Assembly (NCBI GenBank): GCA_964016885.1
Contig: OZ024740.1
Location: 372,062,001-372,126,000, forward strand
Length of the DNA: 64,000 nt
Source of the DNA: Eledone cirrhosa
Lineage: Eukaryota
Reading direction: 5' to 3'
Under the pieces are notes generated by a model. The model did not search any database and had not been told where the DNA came from. It worked only from the letters and a program-made list of their open reading frames with translations. How positions within the stretch are numbered: the stretch's first letter is position 1; each line of letters opens with the position of its first letter. The position numbers and the translations under genes were made by a program. This document shows, one piece after another, positions 40,501 through 55,186 of this stretch.

Positions 40501-42845
40501 GATTGAATGGGGTGTTCATGTATTGCGAGTATGGATGTGTGTTTCTATGTGCCATGTTGGATTGTGGCGTTATAGGTGGCCTACGTTGTTGGTTGTATCG
40601 TGTGGTGTGGGTTTGTTGTGGATTGTGGAAGCGAGAGTTGAGAAAATGGAAATTACCTTGCTGTCCCCCTGAAGCGGGGAAGTTGTTACATCTATCATGG
40701 TGGTGGTATCTTTTCCCTATGTTTGACGATGAGGCATCTGCGTAGTAGTTGAGTGATTTGATATGGTGTCTCCTTGAAGGGGGAAAGTTGTAAATGTCAT
40801 TCTGGTGGTGATGATTTCTAGGGTTTTTGTTCCTTCTTATGGAAGCGAGGTTGGGAAGTTCATCTTCGGTGTGGTGCTTCCTTCTTCTTTTGTTAGTGGC
40901 TGGGGGGTTTGCGAAGTTGTTGTGCGGTTCGGTTATGGGTTTTCCTATTTTTATGAACGGGTTATTGGAGGTGTAATCCGTTTGAAAAGTCGATTCATAG
41001 TTTAGGAACCAAGCGGCACTTTTTTCCCAGCGTTGAAGGGATTTCAGTTCTCTGTTGCGGTCCCCTTTCCATAATTTAGAGATCTTCTCTACCTTGGGGC
41101 TTTCAGTCTTATTGTTGATTTCCAGGAGGATCTCTTCATCGATGGTTTTGATTTTTTCCTCATTTGTCTGGGCCCTCAATTCAATTTAAGAAGTTCAATT
41201 TCTGTCTTCATTTTTTCCAATGCCATTCTTTCCCTACGGTGTCTTTGAGGTTCGGGTTCATTTGGAATGGACTTTATTTGTATTTTACGGGAGAGAGTTA
41301 GAGTGGTTGAGTTAAGCCATTTTTCATATATCTCCGCTTTGTTGTGATTTTGTATCATCTTCCAGAATGAGAACTTTCTGTCTCTGAGGGATTTGTTCCA
41401 TTTTGGAATTGTTCGAATTTTCATTTTGTATGAATCAATCTCACATGGTTCTTCGTTGGTTTTTCCTGAGTTGGTAGTAGTGAGCATAGTTTGGATAGTA
41501 TCGCAAAGATTCAGCGCATCAGCAAGGAATCTCACTTTATTAACAAATACGGACCCCGTCTAAACACTTCTCCCTAAGACGAACCCACAACATACACACG
41601 TCAACATACATACCTACATCAGCATACATCCTACATACATCTCTATCCACATATAAACACAATGACATACGGAAACACACATATTCTATGGTGCAACACA
41701 AATATACACAAATTTGCATACCTTTTGATGTCTATAGATATAAACGTGCCGACACACACACACATACATATACGCACACATGCATTGCACACTGATGGGC
41801 ACATACATATTTGTACACAAATATCCCAATACGACAAGGCCTAATGGATTCCCCTTGCAGTACGTACAATCTGGACACTCACACACACCTTGGTGTGATG
41901 ACAATACTATATATCATTTCACACCTTTTATTATTAATGTTTTTCATGTTCTATTCAGAGAATTGTTTTTGCTGAAAATATCGAATAATGTACACCATTT
42001 TTACCAGTATCACAAACATACTGGTGCCTCCCCCACACACATACACACATATACACAGACACACACACATATATACACACACACAAAAACGCGCGTACAC
42101 TAACGTACAAAGAGACATATACATACACACACACTTCTCCGTATAAGACATGAGCTGAAATATATCTTTCAACATGTTAAAATATCCCTCACAAACGTAC
42201 AGACACATTCCTACTGACCATCCCTCTACCACGAATTACTCTGCTAAACACACACACACACACACACAGACACAGACACACACACACACACACACGCATT
42301 TGTCTTAATAGGCACCTGAACTGTTGACCTTTCAACATGACTGCAATTCACACACACATCCCTACTGACCATTATCACAACAATGAACCTCTTTACTACA
42401 CACACACGCAGACACATATTTGTCTTAAAAGACTTATTTTTCAGTGACTTCTCAATCAGGCGAAAAAGGACACTCTTCGACAAACCTACATTTGGCGCAA
42501 AATCAATTTTTAACATTCACGTGACCCCTACCGTCCAATCAAAATTGTTTTGACCACAAGAATTTTTGCAACAGGAATTGGCGCGAAACTTATTTTAATA
42601 CCTCTGGAGCCACTTTTTTCACATAAATCAGGTAGAATTTCCAAAACTAATCAGATTAGAGCAAACATCACGGGCGCTCTATCTCAAAATTATTTTTGAA
42701 AAGCATTAGAAATGCGCAACCGCTAAAGACCTAAAACTAAAACTGAATACTAACCAATACTTATTACTAATTTTAACTTATTCCTAATTAAACTATTTTT
42801 CACTGGGAACAATTTGTCAGCATTTTCTTTTCCTTTTACCAATAT
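36775..42845 (-). mobile_element. Neptune-type PLE (disrupted, 5'-truncated) bracketed by ~1.35-kb inverted repeats
   Basis: ORF pieces 41500-38123 contain EADKG, LRPIIAGP, GTAMGTK, WKRYLDDCF, LPFLDI and a GIY-YIG C-terminus. 41512-42845 is the reverse complement of ~36812-38188 (ORF end, 3' UTR, pLTR). Confidence 0.9.
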
Positions 42846-42902
42846 ATATATATATACACACATATATACACACACACATATATATATATATAAATATATA
42901 TG

Positions 42903-42934
<32 letters not shown>

Positions 42935-43614
42935 CAATATATTAACAAATGGAAACTATATTTATAAAAGCATATTTATTTCATTATACATATTTCAAAT
43001 ATTTTAAATATGGTTTTATAGATATAGTTTCCATTTGTTAATATATTGTATTTTTACTCCAATAATTTGTAGAGTGCTTTATATCAGTTATACAAATATT
43101 TGCTTGTTGTATCCCAAGAAATTAAATATAACTTCTATATATATATATGTGAATATATATATATATACATATATGTATATATATGTATATATATATGTAT
43201 ATATAGAGATGACCCCTTAGCCTTCGTCAAGGCAGAATTCTAGGAGAAGGAAAACTCTGATATAACACCTGCAACCCTGATGGTATCCAATGATGTTGAC
43301 TTGTTCTTCTTTTTGGTAAATATCATCTTGGTTAAGAGAGTGGGACTGGCTTTGTGCAGTGCCTTTGCTCACTATAAAAGCTTCACGGCACAGGCATTGC
43401 TTTATATCTGGAGATCGCTCTGCACTTGTTGTCACATGGTACTATGGGCCCAGCACTGTGTCAATAATTGTCACAAGTGTAGTGTTTGTACCAGAGTGCA
43501 TCGGTAGGGGTTCTCCTACATGGATATAAAGTGGTGGCGGTACTCGAAAACGAGTTGGCAGCCACCACCATATATATATGTATATATATAAGTATATATA
43601 TATGTATATATATA

Positions 43615-43731
<117 letters not shown>

Positions 43732-43732
43732 G

Positions 43733-43797
<65 letters not shown>

Positions 43798-44049
43798 GTA
43801 TGTATATATATATATATATATATATAAAACTTTGATAACTTTGATAGGATTCGGACAGTATTGGCCCAGATGATGTCTAATTTAACAGCACCACCTGGCA
43901 AAGTCTTACAAATAAGTGTTTGGGCACTATGGCCCACACGAGCAGAGAGTTATTGTTTACGGAGGCCTATCCGGGTGTAGGAGGCTTATCCGGGATGTCC
44001 AAAGTCTTCTTGAACTTGATGGGGTTGTTTCTGCCTTGATGTGTTTTGG

Positions 44050-46800
44050 TGTAATGTTAAAGAGAGCAGGGCCAATTGAGGTGAAATAATTGTGCGTATT
44101 GTTGTTATGAGATGCGAGTGAGATTTTTGTCGTGGGCGGATAGCACCGGGCCCAAGTTTGAGTGTACCTTAAAGGTGATGCCAACAACATTTGGGCAAAG
44201 CTGATGGAATATTTTCCACATCATGCAGATAATGTAGTGCTCACGACGACTTTGGGGAGAATAAAGGTTGAGCTTTTCTAATCGACTCCAATAGTCAAGA
44301 CCTGTCATGCCATCTATCTTTTTTGTAATTGACCTTTGGGGTGCTTCAACTCTCATGATACTTTCTTTCGTGTGGACAACAGTATTCAAGGTGGGGTCGG
44401 CCAAAAGTGGAGAAGAGAAGGACAACAGTGTGGATATCTTTCGACTGGAAAGTGTTCTGAGAATCCAGGAACACATTCTGTGGGTCATATCAACTTTGCT
44501 GTTTATATGAGTTATGTTGTTGTCCACAATTACTCCCGGGTCTTTGATGTTATTGGATGCCACTAGAGTTTCACCCGGAGGAAGAGAGTATGGTAGTTTC
44601 AGCGCACCTTCTTTCCAAAGTGGATTAATTCAAACTTATCCTCATTCAACAGTATTCTTTGCTGCCCATTGGATAACAGCCAGTAGGTCTGACTGAAGCC
44701 AAGTCCGGTCACTAACCTCATTGATGCCCCTTTAGAGCTTGGAATCATGTGCGAAGATTCTTACGTTGCTGTGCTTGATGATGTCAGTAATGTCATTAAT
44801 GTAGCTGATGAAGAGAAGTGGGCCCAACACAGTGCCTTGTGGGACGCCACTGCTGACTTTGGCAGGTCTTGATTTTACCCCTTCGACTACAATATGTTGG
44901 GTTCTGTCTGTCAGGAAACATTTGATCTACTTTAGTAACTTTCCAGAAACACCAACATTGAATAGTTTTTTCAGTAGAATCGTATGATCAACCCTGTCGA
45001 AGGCCTTGCTGAAAGCAAGGTAGATGAAATCAGTGTTGGAGCCCTCTCCCAAGGCTCTCAAAACATCGTCAAAGTGATGCAGGAGCTGCGTTAAGCAGTC
45101 CGTTTCATTACGGAACCCATGCTGGTTGGAGTTCAGCAGGCCGTTGCTTTCAAGAAAGTGGGTTATTCGTGATCTCACCACCCTCTCAAATACCTTGATA
45201 ATATGAGAGGTGAGTGAGATCGGACGGTAGTTCACTGCAAGGGATTTATTTCCCTTTTTGAAGACTGGGACAACGGACTGGGACAGAAAGTTTTCAGGAA
45301 TATAGCCAGTATCCAGTGAGTTCCTCCACAGATTAGCAAGAGGAGATTCAAGTTGGTGTAGACCGACCTTCAGGACACAAGCAGGGAACCTGTCGGGGCC
45401 TACTGCTGAATTGTGTTTAATTTCGTTTATTGCCGCTAAAACATGACGGGCGCCAAACGTTATGTCTGATATAGTGTGTTGGGGATTAACATCACTGATA
45501 CAGCCCAGATAGGCCATATCAGGATTGCTGAAAACAGAGCAGTATTGTTTCTGCAGTATCTCGCCCTTGGTTTTGGTATTATCTTGGAGTGTGCCATTTT
45601 CATCAACTAGAAAGCCAACAGGGGAAACGGTGACATTGTGCCTTTTAGCAAATGAAATGGACACTTGGGGGTTGAGTTTGATTTTCTCAATGGCCCACCT
45701 CTCTTCAGCTGTTCTCTGGTTATTGATGATGGTCATCATGCATTGTTGGAGGTTATATTATTTTTACTCAAGCAGGGCGATAGCCATCGAATGTGTGTTG
45801 CAGTTGGCAGTATTTTAGTGTGTTAATTCTTTTGTTTGTTCTTTTCATTTTTCTGATAATTGTTTTTCTGTTTTGGGGGATACTGCACTTAGTTTTGTTC
45901 ACAGGTTTTGGTAGGGTGTGTTTTGTACATATATTTATGACAGTTTCTACAAAGATCTGCCAAGAAGTTTTGACGTTGGTGGAAATGTGTGCGTATGTAA
46001 AAGACCAGTCAACATGTGATAGTTCGTTCATAATTGCATCCTAGTTGGAATTGTAGAGATCGATGTTATCAAATGGGTGGGCTGGAAAGAGGTCCCTGGG
46101 ATTAGCTTTCGGCTGGTGGAATCTCAGGTTACAAAGAACCATGTCATAGTCTGAGAGAAGGGTCTTTTCCACTGTAATATTATGGATAGTGTTAGTGTGG
46201 TTACTAAACACTAGATCCAGAATGTTCTTCTGATGCCTTGTTGGTGCAAGGACAAGGTGGGACAAGAAAAATTCATTCATGAAGTCAAGAAGTGACTCGA
46301 CTGATTCTTTGTCAGTGGTTGAGGTTGGGGTGCCTGGTTTCAAACTGCTTGTAGACCAATCGACAGAGGGTAGATTAAAGTCTCACATCAAATGTATGTT
46401 GCTAGAATGGTGCTGTTTAATAAAGTATTTAATACTGTTGAGGCATTCTTTGAAGCAGATTATGGGTGTTTGTGGTGGCCTATAGAGCCCAACTAATGTC
46501 AGGTCATTGGCTTTATTGTGCACAGTGACTGATTCACAGTAGCCATTGGAGAATGTTGTGTTACCATCTGCTGTAAAGGAATCATGCAGGAAAATGGCAG
46601 TTCCACCCTTCCTTCTGCCAACACGATCTGCACGGATGGTTGTGAAATTCCTCACAAGTGGGAGTTGTCAAGGTGTGTCTCAGTAAGAATGAAGAAGGGG
46701 GTGTGAAATGAATTGGATCTTCCATTTCTGTGCATTGATGGATGGGCTGATACCTTGTGTATTGAGTAAAAATGTGGAGGCTAGTGTGGCGGCTGGTTTT
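44050..46800 (-). pseudogene. LINE ORF2 (APE endonuclease + RT), fragmented
   Basis: ORF pieces 46655-46383, 46343-46041, 46031-45768, 45739-44927 and 44563-44105 are collinear with an ORF2. Confidence 0.9.
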
Positions 46801-46906
46801 GATTGTTGCAGGGGGCTTGTTTTGAGATTGTGTGTTAGTGACAGCAAGGGTGGTGTTGAGTGATAGCTAAAATGTTTTTTTTGTATCTCTTTTGTCAGGT
46901 TCATGG

Positions 46907-48260
46907 CTAAAAAAGAAACATTTTCTTGTTCAGGGAGCAGTTTTTGTTTGGATTTGTGGTTACACCATTGGATAGGGTTGCAGTTCCCTCTTTTGTTTTT
47001 GTTGTTGTGTTTGTTGTAAATGTGTCTTTGTGAAAAGACTGGAGCAGCATTACATTTGTTGTTGTTGTAATCGTGTCTTTGTGAAAAGACTGGAGCAGCA
47101 TTACTTTTGTTGTTGTTGTATTTGTTGTTGTTGTAATCGTGTCTTGTGAAAAGACTGGAGGATCATTACTTTTGTGTTTTTGTTGTTGTAATTGTTGTAA
47201 TCGTGTCTTTGTGAGAAGACTGGAGCAGCATTACCGCAGCAGGGGGTGGCTTTGTTATGGTTTGTGTGTTGGCATGGAGCCCCTTTTCTGTTCGTGCGTT
47301 GTGTTCTAGGAAGATGAGTGAAGGGACAGTCAGTCAGCAGACATAGCCTCTCACGTTGGGAATGTTGGTAGATTTGGGGACTCCGACTTATGCGTGTGGA
47401 CAGCGTGCTTTGGTGTTGGCTGGCAGTGTTAGTGCGGCTAGTACCCGGTAAATAGGTAAATATGCAGTCGCTACGTGTGCATAGCCTCTGACGTAGTGAG
47501 TAGCGGCATATTTTGGGGTTTTTAGTTTGTGTAGTGGGGGGTACATACAGCTCCATATATGTGTTTTTAAAGTCCTTTTGACTACAGCATGACTGTGGTG
47601 ATGATGTGGGCGAAGAAAGCAGTGGTCGTGACGATGATGATGATGACAACTGGGGTGGAGGCTGTGAGAGTGGTGGGAGAGAAAGCAGTGGTCCATTACT
47701 AACAGTTGATGTGACAGAAGATGGTGGCGGTGGTGATAATAATTGTTTCTACTTTTGGCACAAGGCCAGCGGTGGGGATAATAATTTCTGAAAAAGTGGT
47801 TGAGGGATACTGTCATTCAGTAACTCAGCTATTATGTTTGAATTCAGTAGTGGTGGCGGTAGTGGTGGCTCCTGATTTTCTGGCTGTTGTTGTTGTGGCT
47901 GTTGTTGTTGTTGTTGTTGTTGTTGCTGTTGTTGTTGTGCTTGTCCATTGGAGTAAATATGTCGAAGTTTTTCAAAATGGTTTTGAATTAGTTTGAAAGA
48001 TACTTCTACATGTTTTAGTTTGTTGTGTATCTGCTTAGCAGACCTCGTGGTAAAAGTTTGAGCTATTCTTTCCGCAATCTCATTCAGACATGACGCATTA
48101 ATGTTTATTGTTTGTGACAGAGAAAACCATGTGTTTATTAAGAGGTCAATTTGATTATCAGACCAATTTCGTCTGTTGTGGGCTTGCTGGTGAGTAGTCG
48201 TATTTTTCTTTCCTTGTGTGCGTTTTTTAGATATTTGATATTTGATATTTGATACGTGAG
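46907..48260 (-). pseudogene. LINE ORF1 remnant: Myb/SANT-like motif, polyQ, CCCH-like fingers
   Basis: RRNWSDNQIDLLINTW..IAERI..TRSAKQIHNKLKH; a Q tract; CRYSLRQRLCTRSDCIFTY and RLCLLTDCPFTHLP. Confidence 0.55.
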
Positions 48261-48766
48261 TGAGACTTTGGTTATTTGAAGAAATTAAAGAATCGTGTAT
48301 ATAATAATTTGAAGTTAAGAAAACGTACTTGCGAGTTTGTAGGAAAGGCACGTGTATTTGTATATACTTTTTCCTTATGTGAGTGAGCCTTTGGTTATTT
48401 GAAGATATCAAAGTAGCGTATATATAGATATGTATTCTCTTTTATGGATGTGAGATTTGGTTATTTGGTTGTTTGAGGTTATTAAAAGATTTTGGTTATT
48501 TGGTTGTTTGAAGATATTAAGAGAAAAACGAGAGTATATAATAATCTGTAGTTAAGAAATCGTACTTAGGAGTTGGTAGGAAAAGCACGTGGTTACAAAT
48601 ATATATATTACAGATAGGCTTTAAAGCAGCGTAGCTTGCTACTGACTTACTACTGACTTGGTAGAGTGCAATAGAAACACGGCTGTTCACTTCAACAGTC
48701 CACACACACACACACACACACATTTATATATACATATATATATATACATATATATATATATACATA

Positions 48767-48910
<144 letters not shown>

Positions 48911-48924
48911 TATATATGCATATA

Positions 48925-48966
<42 letters not shown>

Positions 48967-48989
48967 GTAGACATACAATACAACAGGAG

Positions 48990-49227
48990 GACCATAATAA
49001 TACCACTGAAGATGTTGCAGATTTGCAACGAAAGAACTTTGTTAGACTATATATATGTGTTTATATCTGTATTATTGACCGTTGGTCAGTCAATGATAAA
49101 CATTGAGGACCAAATGAATTAACTGTGGAGATATAAAAGATACAGAAGCGAAAACCAACCAAACAGTGAGTTTGTTGTGTTTTATTTCTGGCAATATTTT
49201 TACAACAATATGACCCTCCCCAAGTAT

Positions 49228-49235
<8 letters not shown>
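48990..49235 (+). mobile_element. Solo pLTR of the 28.6-kb family with decayed HHR at 49002-49043
   Basis: CTGAAGA-TGTTGCAGATTTGCAAC-GAAA-GAAC-TT; reverse-complement similarity to 28555-28800. Confidence 0.75.
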
Positions 49236-49257
<22 letters not shown>

Positions 49258-49262
<5 letters not shown>

Positions 49263-49674
49263 TAAACGGAATAGAAAATGCTGACAAATTGTTCACAGTT
49301 GAAAAATGGTTTAATTAGAAATAAAAGAGTATTAGTGATTGTATGGGTTAGTATTCAGTTGTGGTTTTAAGTTTTTAAGTTTTTACCGGTTGCGCATTTC
49401 TAAATGCTTTTCAAAAATAATTTTGAGATAGAGTGTCCCTGCTGTTTGCTCTGATCTGATTAGTTTTCGGAATTCTACCTGTTTTTATGTTAAAAAAGTG
49501 GCTCCAATTTGCAAAAATTCGTGTGGTCAAAACAATTTTGATTGGTCGGTAGAGGTCATGTGAATGTAAAAAATTGATTTTGCGCCAAGACTGTTTTTAT
49601 GTTAAAAAAGTGGCTCCAGCAAAAATTCTTGTTTACCAATATATAATAACTTGTGTGTCACACCTCTATTCTTT

Positions 49675-49680
<6 letters not shown>
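49258..49680. repeat. Head-to-head pLTR fragments (long minus copy plus 50-bp plus-strand 3' end)
   Basis: 49258-49440 resembles 28130-28310; 49631-49680 resembles 28500-28550. Confidence 0.8.
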
Positions 49681-49732
<52 letters not shown>

Positions 49733-49979
49733 GTTCAAGAGTAACCAATCTTAAAGAGAGAGATGGAGATAGTAGAGGAGATATGAGAGGAGAGATTGGT
49801 AAGTTAGTTAGAAGCCGAAGCGTAAAGGCATGTGCTCAATGTGCAATATGCAGTAGAAAGCAACTAGCTGGCTGAGTTCATGCAGAAGTTAGGTGCGCAG
49901 AGCTGGAAATATTCATTAGGTAAGCAAAGCAAGACCACAAACTTTAATTGAACATTATTTTAATTTATATTCCTTTGAA

Positions 49980-50099
49980 GTTCCGATGAGCCACTCTGTT
50001 TATTAAATATGTTAATTATTTTCAACTGAACCAGATCAATTATGATATATAGTCATCTGATCCAGAAATATTATATGGAGTAGCGAAACAATTGTAAAC
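49980..50099 (+). ncRNA. Type-I hammerhead variant (U4C) with extended stem II
   Basis: GTT-CCGATGA-GCCACTCTG...TGGAGTAGC-GAAA-CAATTG-TA-AAC. Confidence 0.7.
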
Positions 50100-50219
50100 G
50101 GACATTTATTATTATTAATATTATTATTCTCTACATTCCTTACATCAAACTAAAATATGTTGACAATCTTTTAATAATGTCTTCCTTGTGAAGTTTGTGG
50201 TCTTGTTTTGCTTAACTAA

Positions 50220-50276
<57 letters not shown>

Positions 50277-50355
50277 GTGTGTGTGCGTGACTGTGTGTGT
50301 TTGTGTGTATGCGTGTGGTCACCTCCCGATACTCATGGGTAATCTACCCAAATAC

Positions 50356-50479
<124 letters not shown>

Positions 50480-51199
50480 AAATATGCATGCATGCAAATA
50501 TGCATGCATGCAAACAAACACGCATACATACATACATCATATATACATATATATGCATTTAAATACACATATTATACACATAGCTATTTGTAAGAACAAA
50601 CTATGAAAACCCAAAACAAAGATAGTGATTAAGGAGAATTTGTGAATGGCAGCATTAGATGATTTTGAAGCATATATTAAAATCATGCAACGTCTCATGC
50701 TGGATATTAGACGTTGATGCTTGCCTCAGTTAAAATCAATACTCGAGAAGACCGCAAATTGAGAGGCGCTGAGAGTTGCTGAAAGTTTCCATGTGGATTA
50801 TATATTTTGACTACATGTTTGAAGAATCCTTCTGTGATATTAAAAATGTTATTTATTTTATGTTTTGTTAGTTTGTTTACTAGTTTTCTTTATTTTCTTA
50901 TCTCTGTGCTCATTCTACCCCACTACCTTCATCTCATACCGCTCCTAAATTTTATTTACTTCATATGACCTGACTTTTAACCACCTGACATAACTTTCTG
51001 TGACATATCAAAACTAAAAAAAACATTGTATTAATTATTGATATAGCAATATTAAATTATTATATATCGCTGTAATTTGGCCATTGAATTTATAGAATTA
51101 TATCAGTTATAGAATGTGTATAACACCTCTTTTATAATTGCTGCAACGATTTCTGTAGAAACATTGGGAAATGCTGCATCAATGTATACATATTCAGGT

Positions 51200-51600
51200 T
51201 CCAGACGAAAGCATTATTAGAATGTATAAATATTGCTTGGGAATTCTCCCTCGGCTTTTGTTAACCTTGAACATTTTTCTTTACCTCATTCGTATTTCAA
51301 GAAAATTAATTCTTGATGTATTTCGCAAAACATGCAAATAGAAGTTTCAATGTCAATATATTTAGGCAGTCTTTCAATGAGATTAACTGATGCCTTACAA
51401 TCTGATGGCATTGACATATCATCAATCATCGTACAGGCTTTATATTTGTTGTTTTTAATTATACTGGCTTGACCCATAGGATGGTAACACTATCATTCTT
51501 AGCGACTGTTTCTGGTTTGTGCTGATATCTGAGAATGTCTGTCGATTTATGTCCTTATTCTGATCACTCTTTGTGGTGGTTGTCACTTCCCCAGATTCCA
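51200..51600 (-). pseudogene. R4/Dong-like non-LTR remnant (RLE region)
   Basis: YQHKPETVAKNDSVTILW..IIKNNKYKACTMIDDMSMPSD resembles the R4-type restriction-like endonuclease region. Confidence 0.6.
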
Positions 51601-53433
51601 CTCTAAAAAGTTTTCAATTTATTCAATTTTAAGTGGTGGTTTTTCGTATATTTTCTTTTTTTTTACCCTATATTTGTATGGCAATGTTACCGACGTCAAA
51701 TACCAGTTTGCAATAAACTCTATAGTCACTTATTTTTAATCCTTCCGACGCCTTTCATCTTTCCAGTTAATTACAGTCGATAAAATCGAATTTTCTCTTC
51801 CACACAAATAGTTTGCCTTGTGCCAATGTAAAAAGAATTAGCATCGGACACCCTGCTTCGTGGCAGATAATTACGGCCCTTTTCGTTCTGAGTTCAAATA
51901 TCACCGAGGTTAGTTTTGCCTTTCACCCTTATGGAGTCGATAAAATAAAGTAACAGTGAGCACTGGGGTCAATTTAATCGACTTTGCTCTCCCCATAAAT
52001 TGTTGGCCTTGTGCCTAAATCAGAAACCACAACATTCATCATTATCATCATCATCATCATTATTATTATTAGTAGTAAGGCGATAGATTGGCAGTATAGG
52101 TAGGCGTCGGACAACATGCTTTGAAGCATAGATTTACGGCCCATTACGTTCTACGTTCAAATCCCACCGAGGTTAGCTTTGCCTTTCATCCTTACAGCGT
52201 CGATAAAATAAGCACCGCATCGATAAGATAAGCACCAGTAATGCATTGAGGTTGATTTAATTGATTTTCCTCTCCCCCAAATCGCTGGCCTCGTGCCTAA
52301 AGTTGAAATAATCATTACTATTATTAGTAGTAATAGTAACTTCATCTATATCCATATATCAGAAACTAGTAGCAGTGTCTAAAAGTCGGCTTAAGACCCT
52401 TATCGTACAATCACAGTTATTTTCTCACCAAATTAATGATAGATAGTTCAGACACAAAAGCTACTGCCAATAAGATATTTTATTTGAACAGCACCAATAC
52501 TACATTTATTGCTTTCGAAGCCATTTAATTTCACGCTATTTAAATAAATAAAAGTATTAATGTACATGCAAACACACACACGCATACACACACACAAATA
52601 CACACACACCCATACACACACACGCACAAACACACACATATATATATATGAACATCGGATTCTACTTCAGTGTTAATATATTTTCATAATATTGCTACAA
52701 TATTGGTGTCATCCAATTTGTATGTTTAAATTACTATCAACTTTCAGTATATGTTGGAATGGTATTAAAATAATCAATTTTGGGGGCTTGTATGTACAGT
52801 GGCAAACCATTTTATTTTTTCAAGGGCGGTGGATTGGCAGTATCAGTAGATCGTGAGAAAACAAGCTTTGTGGCATATAGTTACGGCGGTTTACCTTCTG
52901 AGTTCAAATCTCGCCGAGGTTAGCTTTACATTTCATCCTTACGGGGTCGATTAAATAAAGTACCACTAACATATTGGGTTCGATTTAATTGACTTTCTTC
53001 TTCAACAAAACTGTTGGCCATTTGCCTAAATCAGAAACAATTATTTCAGGTTAACTGGCAGTATCGGTAGAGGGTTGGAGGCCATGCTTTCTAGCATAGT
53101 TACGTTCCTTTACGGTCTGAGTTCAAATCCCGTCGAGGTTAACTTTGCCTTTCATCCTTACGGGGTCGATAAAATAAAAAGTACCAGTAATGTACTGGGT
53201 AATTGCTGGCCTTGTGCCAAAAAGTAGAAACTATTATTTCAATATTACTCGCAATGTGAGAAAACCGTACTACAAAGTAAAAGTCCAAAACGCGACAGAC
53301 TTTAACTATAGTTTGAATCTATATCTCACCCGCTTCCTTAAATGGTGTGTGGTTGACATTGACAGGTAGACGTAATGACACCTCTGCAGCGGATGGAAAT
53401 GGCTGGGTGCAACGCACATATTCTCACCCTCCA

Positions 53434-53490
<57 letters not shown>

Positions 53491-53494
<4 letters not shown>

Positions 53495-54190
53495 GAAACA
53501 CTCTCCACTTACACATAGAAAGGAACTGGAGGCGATATCTAGATGATTGCTTCATCCTTTGGCACGAAAACATCAAGAAACTTAAAGAATTTCACACCCT
53601 TATAAATGGGCTCAACAGGAATATTAACTTCACGATGGAATACAGCCATCAACAACTCCCCTTCCTCGACATCCTCATTAAGATCCATAACAAAAAATAG
53701 AAACAGACATATACTACAAGCCCACAGACTCCAAGCAATATCTTGCCACCCTAGACACGTTAAAATTAATATTCCCAACAACTTAGCCAAGAGAATGTGT
53801 ACTATAGTCTCCAATAAAAACACCTGCTGCTTACGGCGACAAGAACTAAAGGATACACTCATAGGCAGGGACTACCCTGCATCACTAATTGACAATGGAA
53901 TCCAACGTACCCTAAAACTCAGTACCCAGGACCTTAGACACCCTAAAGTAAATTAACCGAAACTAAAAGCTCTTCCATACATCTCCACACACAACCCCCT
54001 CAACAATGAGGCCTTTGACACCATCCTCCAGAACATCCCTGTGTTGAAAAAGGACCATAGAATGAACCAAATCCTACGAACACACGATATCATAAAGAGC
54101 AAAAGACAATCTAAGTCAATGAAAAACATCCTAACACATGCCAAAGTACTGCCAACCACAACAACGAAACCCACAGTAAATAAATGCGAT
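53491..54190 (+). pseudogene. Internal RT-thumb fragment of the 36.8-42.8 kb PLE family
   Basis: WRRYLDDCF..LPFLDI..CHPRHVK; closely matches the reverse complement of ~38495-39202. Confidence 0.9.
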
Positions 54191-54239
54191 AGTTTGAAAA
54201 ATGAGAGACAGTTTGGCACAACACCAGTCAATTCTTAAA

Positions 54240-54910
54240 ACGAGTCTTGAAGAAAAACAAACAGCGTTATGGTGTGGCTACGGTACTTCATTGTGAGTTG
54301 CTCGGAATGTACGTTATTGAGAAGTCAGGTAAATGGTGAACACAAACCAGAAACATTATGTGGAGGTGGTGGATTGGCAGTAGAGGGTCGGACGCCATGC
54401 TTTACACCATAGAGTTACGGCCCATTATGATCTGAGTTCAAATCCCGCCGAGGTTAACTTTTCCTTTCATCCTTACGGGGTCGATAAAATAAAGTACCAG
54501 TCACGCACTGGGGTCGTTTTAATCGAATTTCCCCCTCCCCGCAAATTACTGATCAAAATCTTGTATTTTCATGGTCTAATGTGACAATGAAATAGAACAG
54601 AGAAAACCAGACATCACAATGATAGACAACTATATTAAACAATGTCTTATCGTGGATGTAGTCTGCCTTGCAGGAAACAAGATTTGCGACAATGAAAGCA
54701 ATAAAAGGGAACAATTAGCTTGAGAGAGAAGATACTTATGATCAGTGAAGAAGGAAGAAATGATGCCGAATGTTTGGGCGCACTAAGTACAGGCAATCAA
54801 TACAGAGAAATCGACATACAAAGAACAGGGTTTAACATTAGAGCGGATCATACCTAGCAAACAACATTATTTGGAATTGCTCGAATACTCAGAAACGATG
54901 CGCTTGAAAA
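54240..54910 (+). pseudogene. R4/Dong-like RLE remnant interrupted by a SINE
   Basis: KQRYGVATVLHCEL..EHKPE; DNEIEQRKPDITMID..CLIVDVVC; LFGIARILR. Confidence 0.65.
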
Positions 54911-55077
54911 TTGAAAGTGTCACTTCAATTAACACACTGTGATCAGATGATATCAATATTCCAGCTTTAGATGGTGGGCGACAACACAAGAACAACAACA
55001 ACAACAATAATAATAGTAATTATAGTATTGATAGCAATGATATTGATTATAATCATAATATTAATAATATGTATGCA

Positions 55078-55186
<109 letters not shown>

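Larger units (their letters stand above)
43828..48700 (-). mobile_element. CR1/L2-group LINE, near full length, degenerate
   Basis: APE motifs (RADRVGRRKGG, GLYRPP, PTR..NILDLVFSN) and RT motifs (NYRPISLTS, QHGFR, FSKAFDRVDH, SGVPQGTVLGPLLF). The 3' tail carries (ATCAAAGTT) repeats into (TA)n; ORF1 remnants and a repetitive 5' UTR lie upstream. Confidence 0.9.
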
